Assembly: GCA_023213395.1 (NCBI GenBank)
Contig: CM041465.1
Coordinates: 221,409,741-221,473,740, forward strand
Direction of reading: 5' to 3'
DNA length: 64,000 nucleotides
Source of the DNA: Cycas panzhihuaensis
Taxonomy: Eukaryota; Plantae; Cycadophyta
In this document: positions 1 through 13,000 of the stretch, one piece after another
How the letters are laid out: every line of letters begins with the position of its first letter
How positions within the stretch are numbered: the first letter of the stretch is position 1
The notes under the pieces: generated by a model
Told to the model about the DNA's origin: nothing
Database searches by the model: none
Seen by the model: the letters and a program-made list of their open reading frames with translations, nothing else
Translations under genes and position numbers: made by a program

Positions 1-3
1 ATC

Positions 4-300
4 ATACCTCTAAATCCCTACTAATGAGGTTAAATTATGGCTACTCTACCTCTAAGAATAGTTGTTAAAGAGGCTAAACTACAATAATCACACCTCTAAA
101 TCCCAACTAATAAGGTTAAGCTATGGTAGTTGCACCTCTAAGAATAGTTGCTAAAGAGAATAAACTATGACAATAATACCTATAAAGCCTTGTTAATGAG
201 GTTAAACTATGGTGGCTACACCTCTAAGAACAATTATTATAGAGGCTAAACTATGGTAACCACTCCTCTAAAAGCCTCCCATTAATGAGGTAAAACTATA
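4..300. repeat. Tandem repeat, 86-bp dimer of alternating 42/44-bp subunits
   Basis: The ACCTC-type core recurs at 6, 48, 92, 134, 178, 220 and 264 (spacing 42/44). Most subunits carry a downstream GAGG(T) complementary to the core. Confidence 0.85.
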
Positions 301-550
301 ATGAGCAATCATTTAATAAGTTAGAGATTGATACATGCTTTTGTTATGGGCTTTCTCAAGTCATTCTTATCCTACTTCAATAGGATTTTCACTACTTTCA
401 CATACTGGAGACTTATCATCCAATATTTATTTCAATCATAACTTAGGAAATAGACCCAGATCACCTAAGTTTGACTAGACTTAGTCTCGAGGGTAGAATT
501 ATCATCGTTCACTATCTTGCTCTCTACCATTTACAAGAACTTCTAGTGCC

Positions 551-1864
551 AAGGGGGCAAATGTTTCACCATGAACAACCTCTTTTAGCATGAACACGCT
601 TTTATCTTACTTTGTTTACCTAAATTGTTTACTAGTTAGACTTGCATTCAATCGATCATTACGATTTAGTTAGGTTCTTAATCATTAGTTTTACTTTGAA
701 TAGTTGTTTAGTGAGAAAAACTTTAATGGGGTTTGTTATTGTTTACTATTTTGCTTCATTTGCATGACTTAAATGATTCTCAATTAGATGAGTACCTCTT
801 ATGTATGATTATGATGCCATTATTAGTTAATGATTGATCTAACAATACATTTTCATAATGCTATTCAACATGGTCTAAGAAGTTTCTCCAAGTGTTGCTA
901 ATTTACATTTTGTTAGAATGTTTTCAAACTTGCACTTTATTATTTCTTATTTTTTACCACTATTTGGCATGTTTTTACCTTTATATAGTCTTCATAGAAG
1001 TTATTGTTACTTAATTAAGGTCCAACAAGCTAATTTTATTAAAATTTGTTCAAATTTTTTATATTTTTTACTCTTTCTACACTGTCACTTTTTTGGTATT
1101 GTTAAAAATACGATAATACAAATAAAACAACATAGTCTCTCATGTTTTGTGCTTTATTTGTACTCTTACATGTTATTTATACTCCTATATTTTAGTGTCC
1201 TTTCATATTTTTTTACTAGTGCATGTATAAAATTAGTGATAGCACACATAAATCTCTATAATTTTGACCTATCTCTAGCCTATATCTATAGGGTGGCTCT
1301 ATCCTATCATCCTTGGTATATTTCCATTATGTTTTCCTATCTCCATGAAATTTTTTTAGAGGAAAATAGTCAAAACCATGTCCAAAAACCATGGTTTTGG
1401 TCTCACCCCTTTCTCTCTCTTTTTTTACAAATACCCATCTATTTTTTAGAATAAGGAGGAGCTTTTATATAATGAAATACTGCCAAAATTTTTCTAACAC
1501 CCCCCTTTAGTAGTTTGCCTTAGATCTTGCGAGGTTTTAGAGTTTCTTTCTTAGTGATTTATGAGGCATGTTTGAGGAATTTGGAATCTATATTTAGGCT
1601 TTTTTCCTTCTTACCTTTAAATTTAAATCTCCATATATTTATTGGGTCCTCTTCTCTTAGTGTTCAACTAGTCATTAACACATTTTCACTTGCACAATAC
1701 CAATTATTACACATTCTCGTATTTTTAAAACACTAGGAGCAACTTCAGGGCATGTTGGATATGGAGGTGGCATTGATCTAAGGCTTCCTTCGTATACACA
1801 TTATCAAGTTTGAAATGTACTTTATAATTTATACTTATTTGGTTAATTAGAATAGTTCTTCTAT

Positions 1865-1940
<76 letters not shown>

Positions 1941-3035
1941 CATTTTAATTTCATATCAATTTTCTTGAGTAACTATGATATTCATTATGTGAACCAATTT
2001 AGAAGATCAATCCAATTTTGATTTCCAAATTATTGCTTATCATGCAAGCATTTAAAGTTGATTTGTGGGATTAAACCAATTTTAATCCACAAATTAATTG
2101 TCATTATATTGAGTTTTACCTTCTCCTTCCTTGATCATATTCACAATGCATTAAAAGATTAGCCAAAATTACTTATAAAACCATGCTAATTCTTTGTGAA
2201 AAGATGAATGGCAAGGAAGGTATGCATATGAAGTGACCATACTCTTCCTCATAGAGTTTTAGTCATTTTTTACACTCTTTTCTCATCAAAATTTCCTAGG
2301 CATAATAGAAATGCTACCAAAATTTTAATAGATCTCTCTAAACTTAATTCAAGCTTTCAATTTAATGGTTTAAATCACACATATTGTATGTGATTTTGTT
2401 TGTTAGTCTTGTATTAAAATAATTTTAATAAAATAGAAGGAGAAGTATTGCTTAGAACTATTACTAAAAGATACTTGCTTCATCCTTTACTCTTTTCCAT
2501 TATTACATTATTTTTAAACCACATGAAAAGAGAAAGGAATGAACCTATACATTTGTCATTAGTTGAAGCTAATGAAATGATTAATTAGATCATCAATTAG
2601 AGTGTTGTTCTTATTTACTCATAAAAGGAAAAAAGAAAGTAGTTGCATACTGTCAAGATTGCATTGAATCTCTTACATTTCTTACTTTCCTTCATTTCTA
2701 GTAATTAGATCACAAAAAGACTAAAATGAAAGTGAAGGAACCACAACTAGGATAAATGTAAAAGCAACTAAAGAATTTGAAATTTCTTTCATATACTTAC
2801 CTTGATTAGGGTGTAGTCTTTATTTTTCAGTTAATCTCATAAAAAAAGAGTGCATGCAGGTGGGGTGGGGGGTGGCATAAAATATTTTTATTTTACATTA
2901 CATAGATACATTAGTGTATGTGTTGTATTTATTTACATAGCTAGGTTATTTGCATGCAATCATAAATGGCATTATTAATTACGTTTTAGAACATTGTTTG
3001 ATCTTCCATACCTAGGCAAAATTGGGACCCCGACA
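551..3035 (+). mobile_element. Putative PPT plus long 3' LTR of a Tat/Ogre-like gypsy element
   Basis: Purine tract AAGGGGGCAAA (551-561) is followed by TGTTTCACC at 562. A candidate LTR end AAAATTGGGACCCCGACA falls at 3035. Tandem repeats upstream resemble Tat/Ogre 3' UTRs. No second LTR is present to confirm. Confidence 0.35.
1868..1938. repeat. (GA)n microsatellite
   Basis: About 35 perfect GA units. Confidence 0.97.
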
Positions 3036-5760
3036 CAAGAACACCACCTACTAAGATTATCAATCTTGCACATGCTAGTGGTATCCTAAAAGCTACAACC
3101 TAGCTATCAATGTATAGAGTGAGGGACCTAAGGTGATAGTCGAGACCTTGGAGACATAAGGAGAACCTAGGTAGACCCAAAGAGGGTGAATCCCATGATT
3201 ATTCTGAAGTAAACTTCCTTATCCAACAGTTGTCAATTTTAGCCTAATACACTCAAGAGTCACCTAATATGCCAAGGGGGGTGTGTAGTTTCATCTAGCA
3301 CCAAAGCCCCAAATAACCCCATCTCAACACTAGGGACAATAGTCATTCTAGAGATCTCTTATTCCATTAGGCTCCCATTTCATGAAACAATATTTCCCAT
3401 CTAGGAAAGAGGGGATTGAGCAATGTTTAATATGTCTTGTTCCATCTTCCTATGGTAAAGTATCCATACCTTTCTCTTAGATCATAGCACATGCCCCCCT
3501 CAAACCAATCAAGGTAAATTATATGTCATGGATATAATAGATTATACAACAAAATATGTGTAATCCTAGATGACTAAGGATAACATAACCTAGACCACAA
3601 TAAAATTTATATATGAATATATTATCATAAGTTTTGGATTACTATTAAGACTTGTTAGTGATTAAGCATTTATTTTATTAATTAAGTGATCAATAGAGTA
3701 ATAAAATCTTTTACTATTCATCGTTATTAAAAAAATACTATGTATCATTCTTGAGCAAATTAGTTAATTAAAAATGTTAATAAAATTATATGCCAAACTT
3801 TGATAAAGATTGTCCATGGAGTCAAACTGATCAGGCCAAAAAAATACATGTAATATTATAGGTTATCAACTTAACTTTTAAGGATTCAACCCAACTCACA
3901 CCCTTCTAATTAGAATATAGTATTAAATAAGTCATATGCAATGAATGTATTATTCTAAGTTTATAGGTCATATAATACTAGAAGTGGGGAAACTAAGTAA
4001 ATGTACAAGAATGACTCTAGTAGTTAATGAAGATTAACGAGAAAAAATACTTAAAAGATTAGTATCAAGTGGATGTAAAGAAAAGATAAAAGTCATGGAA
4101 TAATCAACATATTAAAAATTGATATCTCAAGGAAGGAAATCATGTGAAACTATGCCAAATAATATTATAGTCTTAGATTCTTTTACTTTTCTATTTTTCA
4201 CTTTATCTTTCTTTATTTGAATTTTGAATTATATCAAAGTGTGATTTTAGAATACTAGTGAAGTCTATGAGAGAAAAGAGAATAAATAGGGTATACTACT
4301 TAAGAATAATCCCTTTTCACCTTTCCATTATTTCATATTTTTATAAAGTTAACCTTCATGATTCTTAGTCCTTATTAACTATTCATTATTTTATGAAAGT
4401 ACAAACCCTAAATCCTACACCTACCACCTAAATTTTGTCTTCTTTACTTTTAAATACTTTTTACATTTTCACATTATGAGACCTCACAAATTCTTATGCT
4501 TGTTAATCATTTTATTCCTTTATGAAAATGTGGAGTCCAAAGCTTGGGCCCCCCACTTACAATCTTTGGTTTTTTCCTTTTCATTCCATTACATCTTAAG
4601 ATCTTATAACTTGTTATTTTTGTCATCCTTTCTATCATTCTATGAGAGTGAAAATTTTAAAATCTTAAAAATATTTATAGAGAATCCCATTTCTTAAACT
4701 CTATCTTTATGCATTTTCATATTATATGGCTTTATAGTTTTGTGTCCCTGCCATTCTTCCTAATTCTTGGTAAAACCATAGAAGTTAAAGACTTGGGACT
4801 TCTTACTTGTTCTCTTTCCTTTTTGCAATCTTATAACATGTATGATAATGATCAACCACCTAAAAATCATGAATTTGTGAGATTGCAAAGTCATGAAGTT
4901 GTAGAAAAACTATATATTTCAGGGCATGCATTATTTTTTACCATATCAAAGGTTGTTATTAGATGTTATAATTACTCAATTTAATGTAAGATTCTTATGA
5001 CAGTTATCATTCCTTGATGATCCATTATGTTAAGGAAAATCATGTGACTAAATTCTAACTTATTATCTTCTTTAAAACCTAATCAAATATATCACAAAAA
5101 AAAGTAGGGAAATACTTTTAAAAAATTAATAATTCCCATGCAAGGAAGCAATGTTACATACCTAACTTAATAAAGCCTATTACTAAGTATCAGATAGTTG
5201 TGCCAAGAAGATGATAGACAAGAGAGGTAAAGTTAGAATACATTCTAATGTTGAAGACAATGCAAAATACTAAGAACAAGCATCCATGATATAGGAAAAT
5301 TGAATTGAACAGTAAGTGATAACACTAAAGTATGGAAAGAATTGAAATGTCAAGATAAAGCCCATTATTCTATTGAGTTAACACTAAAGGATAATGAGTG
5401 TTGAGATGTTATGTTAAAGCTCCTACTACAACACCAAACAATATTATATTTGAATGATTTCATAGTCATCAAAGAGATTATAAGAAATTCTTAGACATAG
5501 GAATATTATAAGTTGAGAGGACATTCCATCATAGGGGATATTAAATACAAATGCAACTATGTGAAGTATGTTCATAGAACAAATAGTGCTAAGGATAAAA
5601 ACATATATATCTCTTATTAAAAGTGACCCTAATATTAAAGTAGATACCAAAAAAACTTATTAGGAACTCCATCTTTAAGCACATATAAAAAGGCACCAAG
5701 CCCAATGTTGAATGCTAGAAAAGTAATGTTGACTTAATAGGTATTGGTTATAAAGTGACT

Positions 5761-5868
5761 ATCTATCTATAAATACACACACACATATATGTATGTATGT
5801 ATGTATGTGTGTGTATGTGTGTGTATGTGTGTGTGTGTGTGTGTATGTGTGTGTGAGAGAGAGAGAGC
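5761..5868. repeat. Compound microsatellite (ATCT/AC/TATG/TG/GA)
   Basis: Directly visible in the sequence. Confidence 0.9.
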
Positions 5869-6444
5869 TTTTAAAATATGATTTTTATAAGAAAACCATT
5901 TGTATTATTCCCATAGTATCCTCATGATATGTTTCATCTACTACAAATTTTAAAACAAAATGCAAAATAAAGCAAAAAAATAAGGGTTTTCTATTTTGAG
6001 AGAATATACGATTAATACTACAAAAATTACAAGGAGTTTACTATAAATAATGGTATTGCCATTAAAATTTTTATGGTATCATAAAAATTTTAATAGTATT
6101 ATCAAATATTTTAATGGTATATTGCACATTACTAGAATTTTAGTGAGCTCAATATAGTTTTTATGTTACACCAAAAATCTAAAAATCATAAAAAATAAAT
6201 TTCTAAGCAGAAAATAGGCTAATAAAAACAAAAAAAATGTCAAGTAATAAGTCACAATAAAGTACACAAGAGGGGCTAATGATATAAGCAGATAAACTTT
6301 TGATTTGATGCACATTTGATTGCAATCATAGGTGTTATAAAGATAAGTAGTCAGAGCACATAATGATATCTCATCAAATAAATCATATTAACTAAAGCAA
6401 AATGAAGAGGGATAAATACTTGAGGATCACAAAGGATAAATTTT

Positions 6445-7640
6445 GGGGAAATACCTTCTTAAATATGTATGTAGATAAAGAAAGTTATGTCTAATAACTA
6501 AATGGTTTGAAGTAAAAGAAGAGGAAGACAAGGTCTATAGATTGAAGAAGGCCTTATATGGACTCAAATAGGCACCTGGAGCATGGTACTCTAGGATTGG
6601 TAGTTACTTCAAATATAAGGGATTCCTCATAAGTTAATTAAATGCAAATGTATATATTAAATTATATGAAATTTTAATTCTAATTATGGGTTTATATATT
6701 AATGACCTTATATACATTGAAAATTATAAATAATTATCCCAATAACTCAAAGCAAATATACACAGGGAGTTTGATATAGGAAACTTGGGATTAATGTATT
6801 ATTTCTTAGGCATCAAAGTATGGCAAGATGCTAAGGGAATTTTTATATCTCAAAGAAAATACACATTAGATTTGTTATATAGGATTAGTATGGCCAGTTA
6901 TAAACCACTTATAAAACTAACAAAAATTAGGTTAAAGTTATCTAAGTATGAGGAGTCTGAATTAGTTGACCTTACTCAATATAAGCAATTGATTAGGAAC
7001 CTTATACAATTAGCCTTAACTCAACTAGATATCATGTATATAGTCAATGTAGTTTTCATATTCATGCATGAGACTAAGATGAAACATTAGTAAGTGACCA
7101 AGAGGATCCTCAGGTATCTCAAAGGTATGATTGGATATGGGTTTGACTATAGGTTATTGGATTATTATACATTGATTGGCTACATAATCTCAGACTAGGT
7201 AGAATGTATAGATGATAAAAATTCTACTTCAAGATATGCTTTCAATTTAGATACAGTAGTGGTTGCATGGTATTTAAAGAAGTAGCTAATAGTATCTATT
7301 TCCACTATAGAAGTGGAGTATAAGGTAGTTGTAATAGAAGCTTATAAAGAAGTTTAGGTTAGATGGTTATTATAGGATTTATATGAAGAATGGGTTGGTC
7401 TTATATAGTTGTTTTATGATAATTAAAGTAGAATATAAATGACCAGGAATCTAACATTCCATGGAAATACCAAGCATATTCAAATGCAACATTATTTTAT
7501 TAGAGATTTACTAAAGTAAGGAGAAATAGAGTTGATCTAATGCAACACAAAAGAATAGATAGTAGACATATTTACAAAGGTATTAAGCAAGGAAATTTTT
7601 ACTAAATTTAGAGACAACCTTGAACTTTTCTTAAATAAGC
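6445..7640 (+). pseudogene. Degraded Ty1/copia RT-RNase H fragment
   Basis: Motifs KVYRLKKALYGLK*APGAWYSRI, YFLGIKVWQ..GIFISQRKY, KRILRYLKG, TKHI..HYFIRD and DIFTK are present, with many stops. Confidence 0.9.
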
Positions 7641-7655
7641 ATTATGGGGGATAAA

Positions 7656-7967
7656 TGTTGGGATAATGCCCATATTAAGGTGATACTTTACCTAATATTT
7701 GGTACAAGCAACTCTTCTTGTTTATAGTTGACTTTGAGGTGTGTTTTTATGGTCTTAATGGCTTGCTTAAATATTTCATAGGGTCATTCACTGTGGAGTT
7801 CATAAACACCACCTATATACTAGGAAATTACTATCTCATTATGCCTTTCCTTGTTTATCATCTATCTTATTTATTCTCCATACCAATTGTAAGTTATTTT
7901 TTAGCATTTTAAGAGACTATTTTTTAATTTAAAAATTTTCATTGGAATTATAATAAATTTCCTATCA
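7656..7967 (+). mobile_element. Putative 3' LTR of the copia fragment
   Basis: PPT-like GGGGGATAAA directly precedes TGTTGG at 7656. The segment ends ...CCTATCA at 7967, where LINE-A is inserted. Confidence 0.6.
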
Positions 7968-8552
7968 AGAAGTCCGAGCAATGAATCTAAGGATCACAAG
8001 GAACTAAGGACTCAGAACTAGGGTTCCGAACGGGTGGCGGTGGCGCATGGAAACCTTGCAAATGGGACGCCATGGCATCCGTGGAAGGCCATAGGCAAGG
8101 TTGCCTGGACTCTGCTTAAGGGGACCCATAGAGTGTATCTCCCCCAAAATCTCTTTGTGACATAATTTCAACCAGCAGCGAAGAAGGATACAGGTTACTG
8201 CGCCAGAGGAGGAGGTATTCAATCACAGATTTTCTTGTTCTTGGAATGGATTAAAGAGTGTAGTGACTCAAAGTCTATAGGCATTGGATGGTCCATCCAG
8301 GTAGCATCTAGCTTCTCTATTAGAGAGTTTTTCCCCCATAGGTATGCTGAGACAGAAGTAAGGCTAATTGGGAAGGCTAATAGATCTAGCTCGGAGGTAG
8401 AAAACCTGTGCAACAAGGCAGATCGTGAAGTTAGACAGGTATTGCATGGTGACGAAGGAAGCACAGTGGAGAACTTGAACGGCAAACCCCCGATCTAGAA
8501 AAAGACTAATAAAACAGAAAGGAGGCTAGAGGCTGAGCTGATCTTAGCCATG
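7968..8552 (+). pseudogene. Putative upstream ORF/exon of LINE-A (unknown product)
   Basis: One frame runs ~195 codons with only 3 stops (TAG 8019, TAA 8163, TAG 8496), each one C>T change from a Gln codon. It is followed by a GTATGT donor-like site at 8553. Confidence 0.45.
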
Positions 8553-8608
8553 GTATGTAACTGCTTCCATTGTTTGAGAGTTTTCTGCGTAGTTTATAAA
8601 TTTTAAAT

Positions 8609-9999
8609 ATGGAAAAGGACCATAATCCTCAAAATCAGAACCAGAACCCCAACCTGTCACTTGGGAGATCCTACCGCGATGTTTTAAAAACTAATGAGGA
8701 GGAAACATTTGAATTAACACCAGTGATCGAGGATAATAAGGTTAGATTGAAAATCCCCCAGGCCCTAGTAGAGAAAATTGAGAAACTATGGGAGAATTGC
8801 CTTGTTGGCAGATTCTCAGGACCTAGACCCAGTCTCGAAACCATTAGGAGCTGGACGAGGACAAAATAGAAAACGGTGGGTAGCGTGGAGATAATAGCCA
8901 TGCGTAAGGGTTGCGTGCTATTCAAATTTTCTTCCTATGAAAATATGTCCAGTATTCTGTTAAGGGCTCCATAGATGTTTGGTAGGAAAGCCCTGTCTCT
9001 CGAGAAATGGCACAGAGACTTTGACCCCTCTGTCCCCAAAATCAAACAAGCCCCTATATGGATCCAACTCCTGAGCCTTCCCTTACATCATTGGAACCCC
9101 AAAGTATTTAAAGGCATAGCAAAAGTGGTGGGTCCTCTTTTAGCAATTGATTTTATGACAAAGAACAGGAGCAGACTCATAAATGCTAGAATCTGCGCTT
9201 TGGTCCAGACTGACAAACCCCTCCTGGATGACATATGGATGGACATGACGAATGGGAGTTGGGTACAGCCGCTGATCTATGAGATGGAGCATTTTAGATG
9301 TTTCACCTGCAGAAACTTGGGGTATTTTCCCCAAAAGTGCCCGGGGGTGCAGCTCTCAAAGGATGAGAAAATAGAAGGACCTTCAGAACCAAATCCCCAA
9401 GAAAAGAAGGAGGGGAAAGGGATGGAACTAGAACACCTATGCCAAGTGGAGGAAGTTGAGACCCCTCACTTGAACCTGGGTTTTGACCCCAATGAGGAGG
9501 ACACGCTCCTAGAGAAAGGGGAGTAAGCACCACAGGTTGTTGCGTCCCCGGGGAGCCCGGTTGGCAAGGATGGTATAGGGGTTCGACTCTCACCGAGGTC
9601 AGCTTTATAACCCATACTACCCTACCCAAGACAAGGAAGACGCGGGATAAGGAGGTCGTGCAGGAGCTCGAAGAAGAGACTGCTAAAGATCCCGCAACCC
9701 AGGGGCAGCTGGCTGGGGTTGAGGAGCCAGTGATGCCCATATTGGAGGACCCAAGGATGCCAGGTCCAGACCCCTTACCACAACCGATTATGTCCCAAAA
9801 GAAGTTGCCGGATGTGGGAGCTGAGAAGAAGGTAGGGAGGCTACCGTTGAAACTACAAAGAGAGAAAGAAATGGCTGCATAGGTAGATCAAGGCAGCCAG
9901 AAAACTTTAAAGGAAGTTTATCTAGAAGGGCCTATTCTTAGATCCAAAGCTAAAGGTAAAGAGCCTCCAAAAGGTGAACCTACTAAAGTTTGGAAGTAA
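8609..9999 (+). pseudogene. LINE-A ORF1 (DUF4283/RRM-like plus zf-CCHC_4 zinc knuckle), disrupted
   Basis: LVGRFSGPRP, GP*MFGRKALSLEKW, PIWIQLLSLPLHHW and RCFTCRNLGYFPQKCP; premature stops. Confidence 0.92.
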
Positions 10000-10010
10000 A
10001 GAAAGAAAAG

Positions 10011-13000
10011 ATGAAATTAATATCGTGGAATATTAGGGGACTCAATACCCCTTCGAAACAGAGAATTATTAGGGATATGAGGAATAGATATCATCTGGAC
10101 CTGATGTTCTTGCAGGAAACTAAACTAAGCAAGGAGAACGGACCAAGGGTTAGGAATAAAATTTGGAAGAATATCAAAGGTATTAAGATCGACTATGCCT
10201 AAGGGGTTGGGGGTTTAATGGTGCTTTGGAATCCATTGATATGGTTAGGAGAAATTTTCTTGGCAGAGGATTCCTTTATTTCAGTTCAGCTAATAAATAA
10301 AAGCAACAACATCACATGGTTAGCCACAAACGTCTATGGCCCAAATATTCAAGTGGCCAGAAAGAGACTTTGGAATAGATTACTGGAAACCCACATGGAC
10401 TGCCAATAGCCATGGTCACAATGGGACTTTAACTCGACAATCGCTTGTGGGACAAAAGAGGTGGAACTAGTGGATGGACAACTAGTATGGGCGACTTCAG
10501 TGACTTCCTTCAACAGGGGGGACTGGAGGATGTTAACCTCAGGGGTGCTTCTTTCACCTTGTCTAATAAGCATTTGGGGGATAACTTTATTCAAATTAAA
10601 TTGGATAGGGTGTTGGTCAATTATGACTAGATGAGGTATTTCAATGACTTCACCCTCGAGGCACTACCGAGGATTAGCTCTGACCACTCCCCCCTCCTAT
10701 TTCAATTTTCGAATGCTGGAAAATTCATTGGGGCTCCCTTCAGGTTTGAACTAATGTGGCTTAGACACCTGGATCTTCGGAAGAGGATTGAGGAATGGTG
10801 AGGAATTCAAATTAAAGGCCATGTGATGTATAGATTCTCAAAGAAACTGGATTGGGTCAAAAGATAAGTTAAGGTATGGAACAAGGACGCATTCCAAAAT
10901 ATATACGAGCAGAAGGATAAAACTATCCACGATCTGAAAGAAATAGAAGACAGGATTGAAAGGATGGGAAGATCCCCAGAGCTAGATAAGACAGAGAAGG
11001 AGCTGATTGAGACTCTGGATGAGATTCTCACTAGAGAGGAAATCCATTGCAGACAAAAATCTAGGGCTTTGTGCCTGACTGAAGGAGACAGAAACACTAA
11101 ATTTTTTTATATGACCACAGTCAAACATAGAGCGAGCAATAGAATTACCAATCCTCAAAAGGAAGATGGCTCAGTAGTAAGTTCGTTAGAGGATATGAAG
11201 GAGTTGGCTAGTGAATATTTCAAGGACTTATTCACTGAGCCGCTGGATGGGGACATGGATAGAAGGAAGGACTTCCTAAGAAATATCCCCAGTTTGGTGA
11301 ATGAAGCTCAAAATACTCAGCTGACAGCTCCGTTCACCCTAGAGGAAGTCAAGGTGGCTCTCTTTGGCATGAAGAAAGATAAAGCTCCAGGCCCCGATGG
11401 ATTCCCACTGGGATTTTTTCAAGAGTTTTGGGACATTATTAAAGGAGACCTTATGGAAGCTTTACAGGAGGTTTATGTAAACAAAAAGATTCTGCAGGAA
11501 TAACAGACTACATTCCTCGTTCTCATCCCTAAAAAAGAAGGAACGAAAATGATGGAAGAGTTTCGCCCCATCAGTCTCTACAATGTTAAATACAAGATTA
11601 TAACTAAGGTCTTGGTCAACAGACTAAAGAGAATTATGCCAAACATCATCTCCCATAATCAAGATGGTTTCTTTCAAGGCAGACAGATTTATGACGGTTA
11701 TATTGTAGTCCATGAAATAATTCACTCAACTGCAGAAAGAAAGGAGCCTGCGATGCTCATCAAGATTGACCTCATGAAGGCCTTCGATAGGGTCTCCTAG
11801 GAGTGCTTGCTAGATTGTCTAGAGGCATTTGGCTTTGGGGAACTTTGGCGGTCATAGATAAAGCTGTGTATTAGCAACCCACAATTCTCAGCTATTATCA
11901 ATGGTTCATCTTCCAACTTCTTTACTAGCTTTAGGGGGTTGAGACAGGGTGATCCCCTCTCTCCCTTCCTATACATCATGATGGCTGAAATGTTGAGCAG
12001 AACCCTGGAGTCCACCAGGAGGCTAGGGATTCTAAACGGCATTAAATCGACATCTGGATTGGATAATGTGGCCCACCATCAATTTGTGGATGATAATATT
12101 TTCTTAGGTAAGGCTACCCTAAGAGAGACATTCAGATTCAAAGAGATCTTGGGGTACTTGGAGAAGGCCACGAACCAGAAAATTAGTCTGAAGAAGAGTA
12201 ATGTCTTTTTCATAAATACTCCAGGCCATATCCAAGGTAGGATCAGCAGAATTCTAGGGATGGATATAAAAAAGCTTCCCACAATTTACCTTGGCTTACC
12301 TCTCTTTGTTGGAAAGATGACCAAAGATATATGGAACCCCCTTATCGATAGGATGCAAAGGAAGCTTGCGGGCTGGAAAGGCGCCCTCTTAAGCTTAGTT
12401 GGAAAATTCTAGCTAGTTACTTCTACGCTTCAGAGCATTCCAGTTTTTTGGATGTCTATATTTAGGGTTCCACCTACAATCTCAGATACTATTGAATCCA
12501 TCCAGAAGAGATTCCTTTAGTCTGGGATAGAAAGCAAGGACAGGATTCATCTGGTGAGTTGGAGTAAAGTCTATACCTTGAAATGGGCCAGTGGCCTCAA
12601 TCTGAGAAGGCTTTCTCCTTTCACTACCGCTCTTAGGGCTAAGCTGGGCTGGCGATTACTCAAAGGTAGAGAGAGACTATGGGAGAAGATCTTATCTAGA
12701 AAATATATCCAAGGGAGTTCTCTTATGGATAACAATGCTTCGTCGATTGGTTCAACCGTATGGAGGAGCATCCTCAAAGCTTGGAAAGCTATCAGGGATG
12801 GCCTGAAATGGAGATTGGGAGATGGCAACTCCATAAGATTTTGGGAGGATGTATGGTGTTGCGACAAGGCTCTAAAGGACTACCTAGATCTGGTGCCTAC
12901 CATGGGTCCTTGTGCTAGGCATTACGGCAAACATGTAAAAGATTATTGGACCGGGTATGTGGAAAACAAGGTCTGGAGGAACTTTGAGGAAATCCAAGGA

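Noticed and set aside
4-300. CRISPR-like repeat-spacer array
   Set aside because: The units are wholly repeated, with no unique spacers, no cas genes and a eukaryotic context.
918-1454. 178-aa hydrophobic ORF
   Set aside because: T-rich non-coding/LTR-like sequence with no recognisable motif.
3040-5760. Possible TE coding relic
   Set aside because: No motif could be recognised with confidence; left unannotated.
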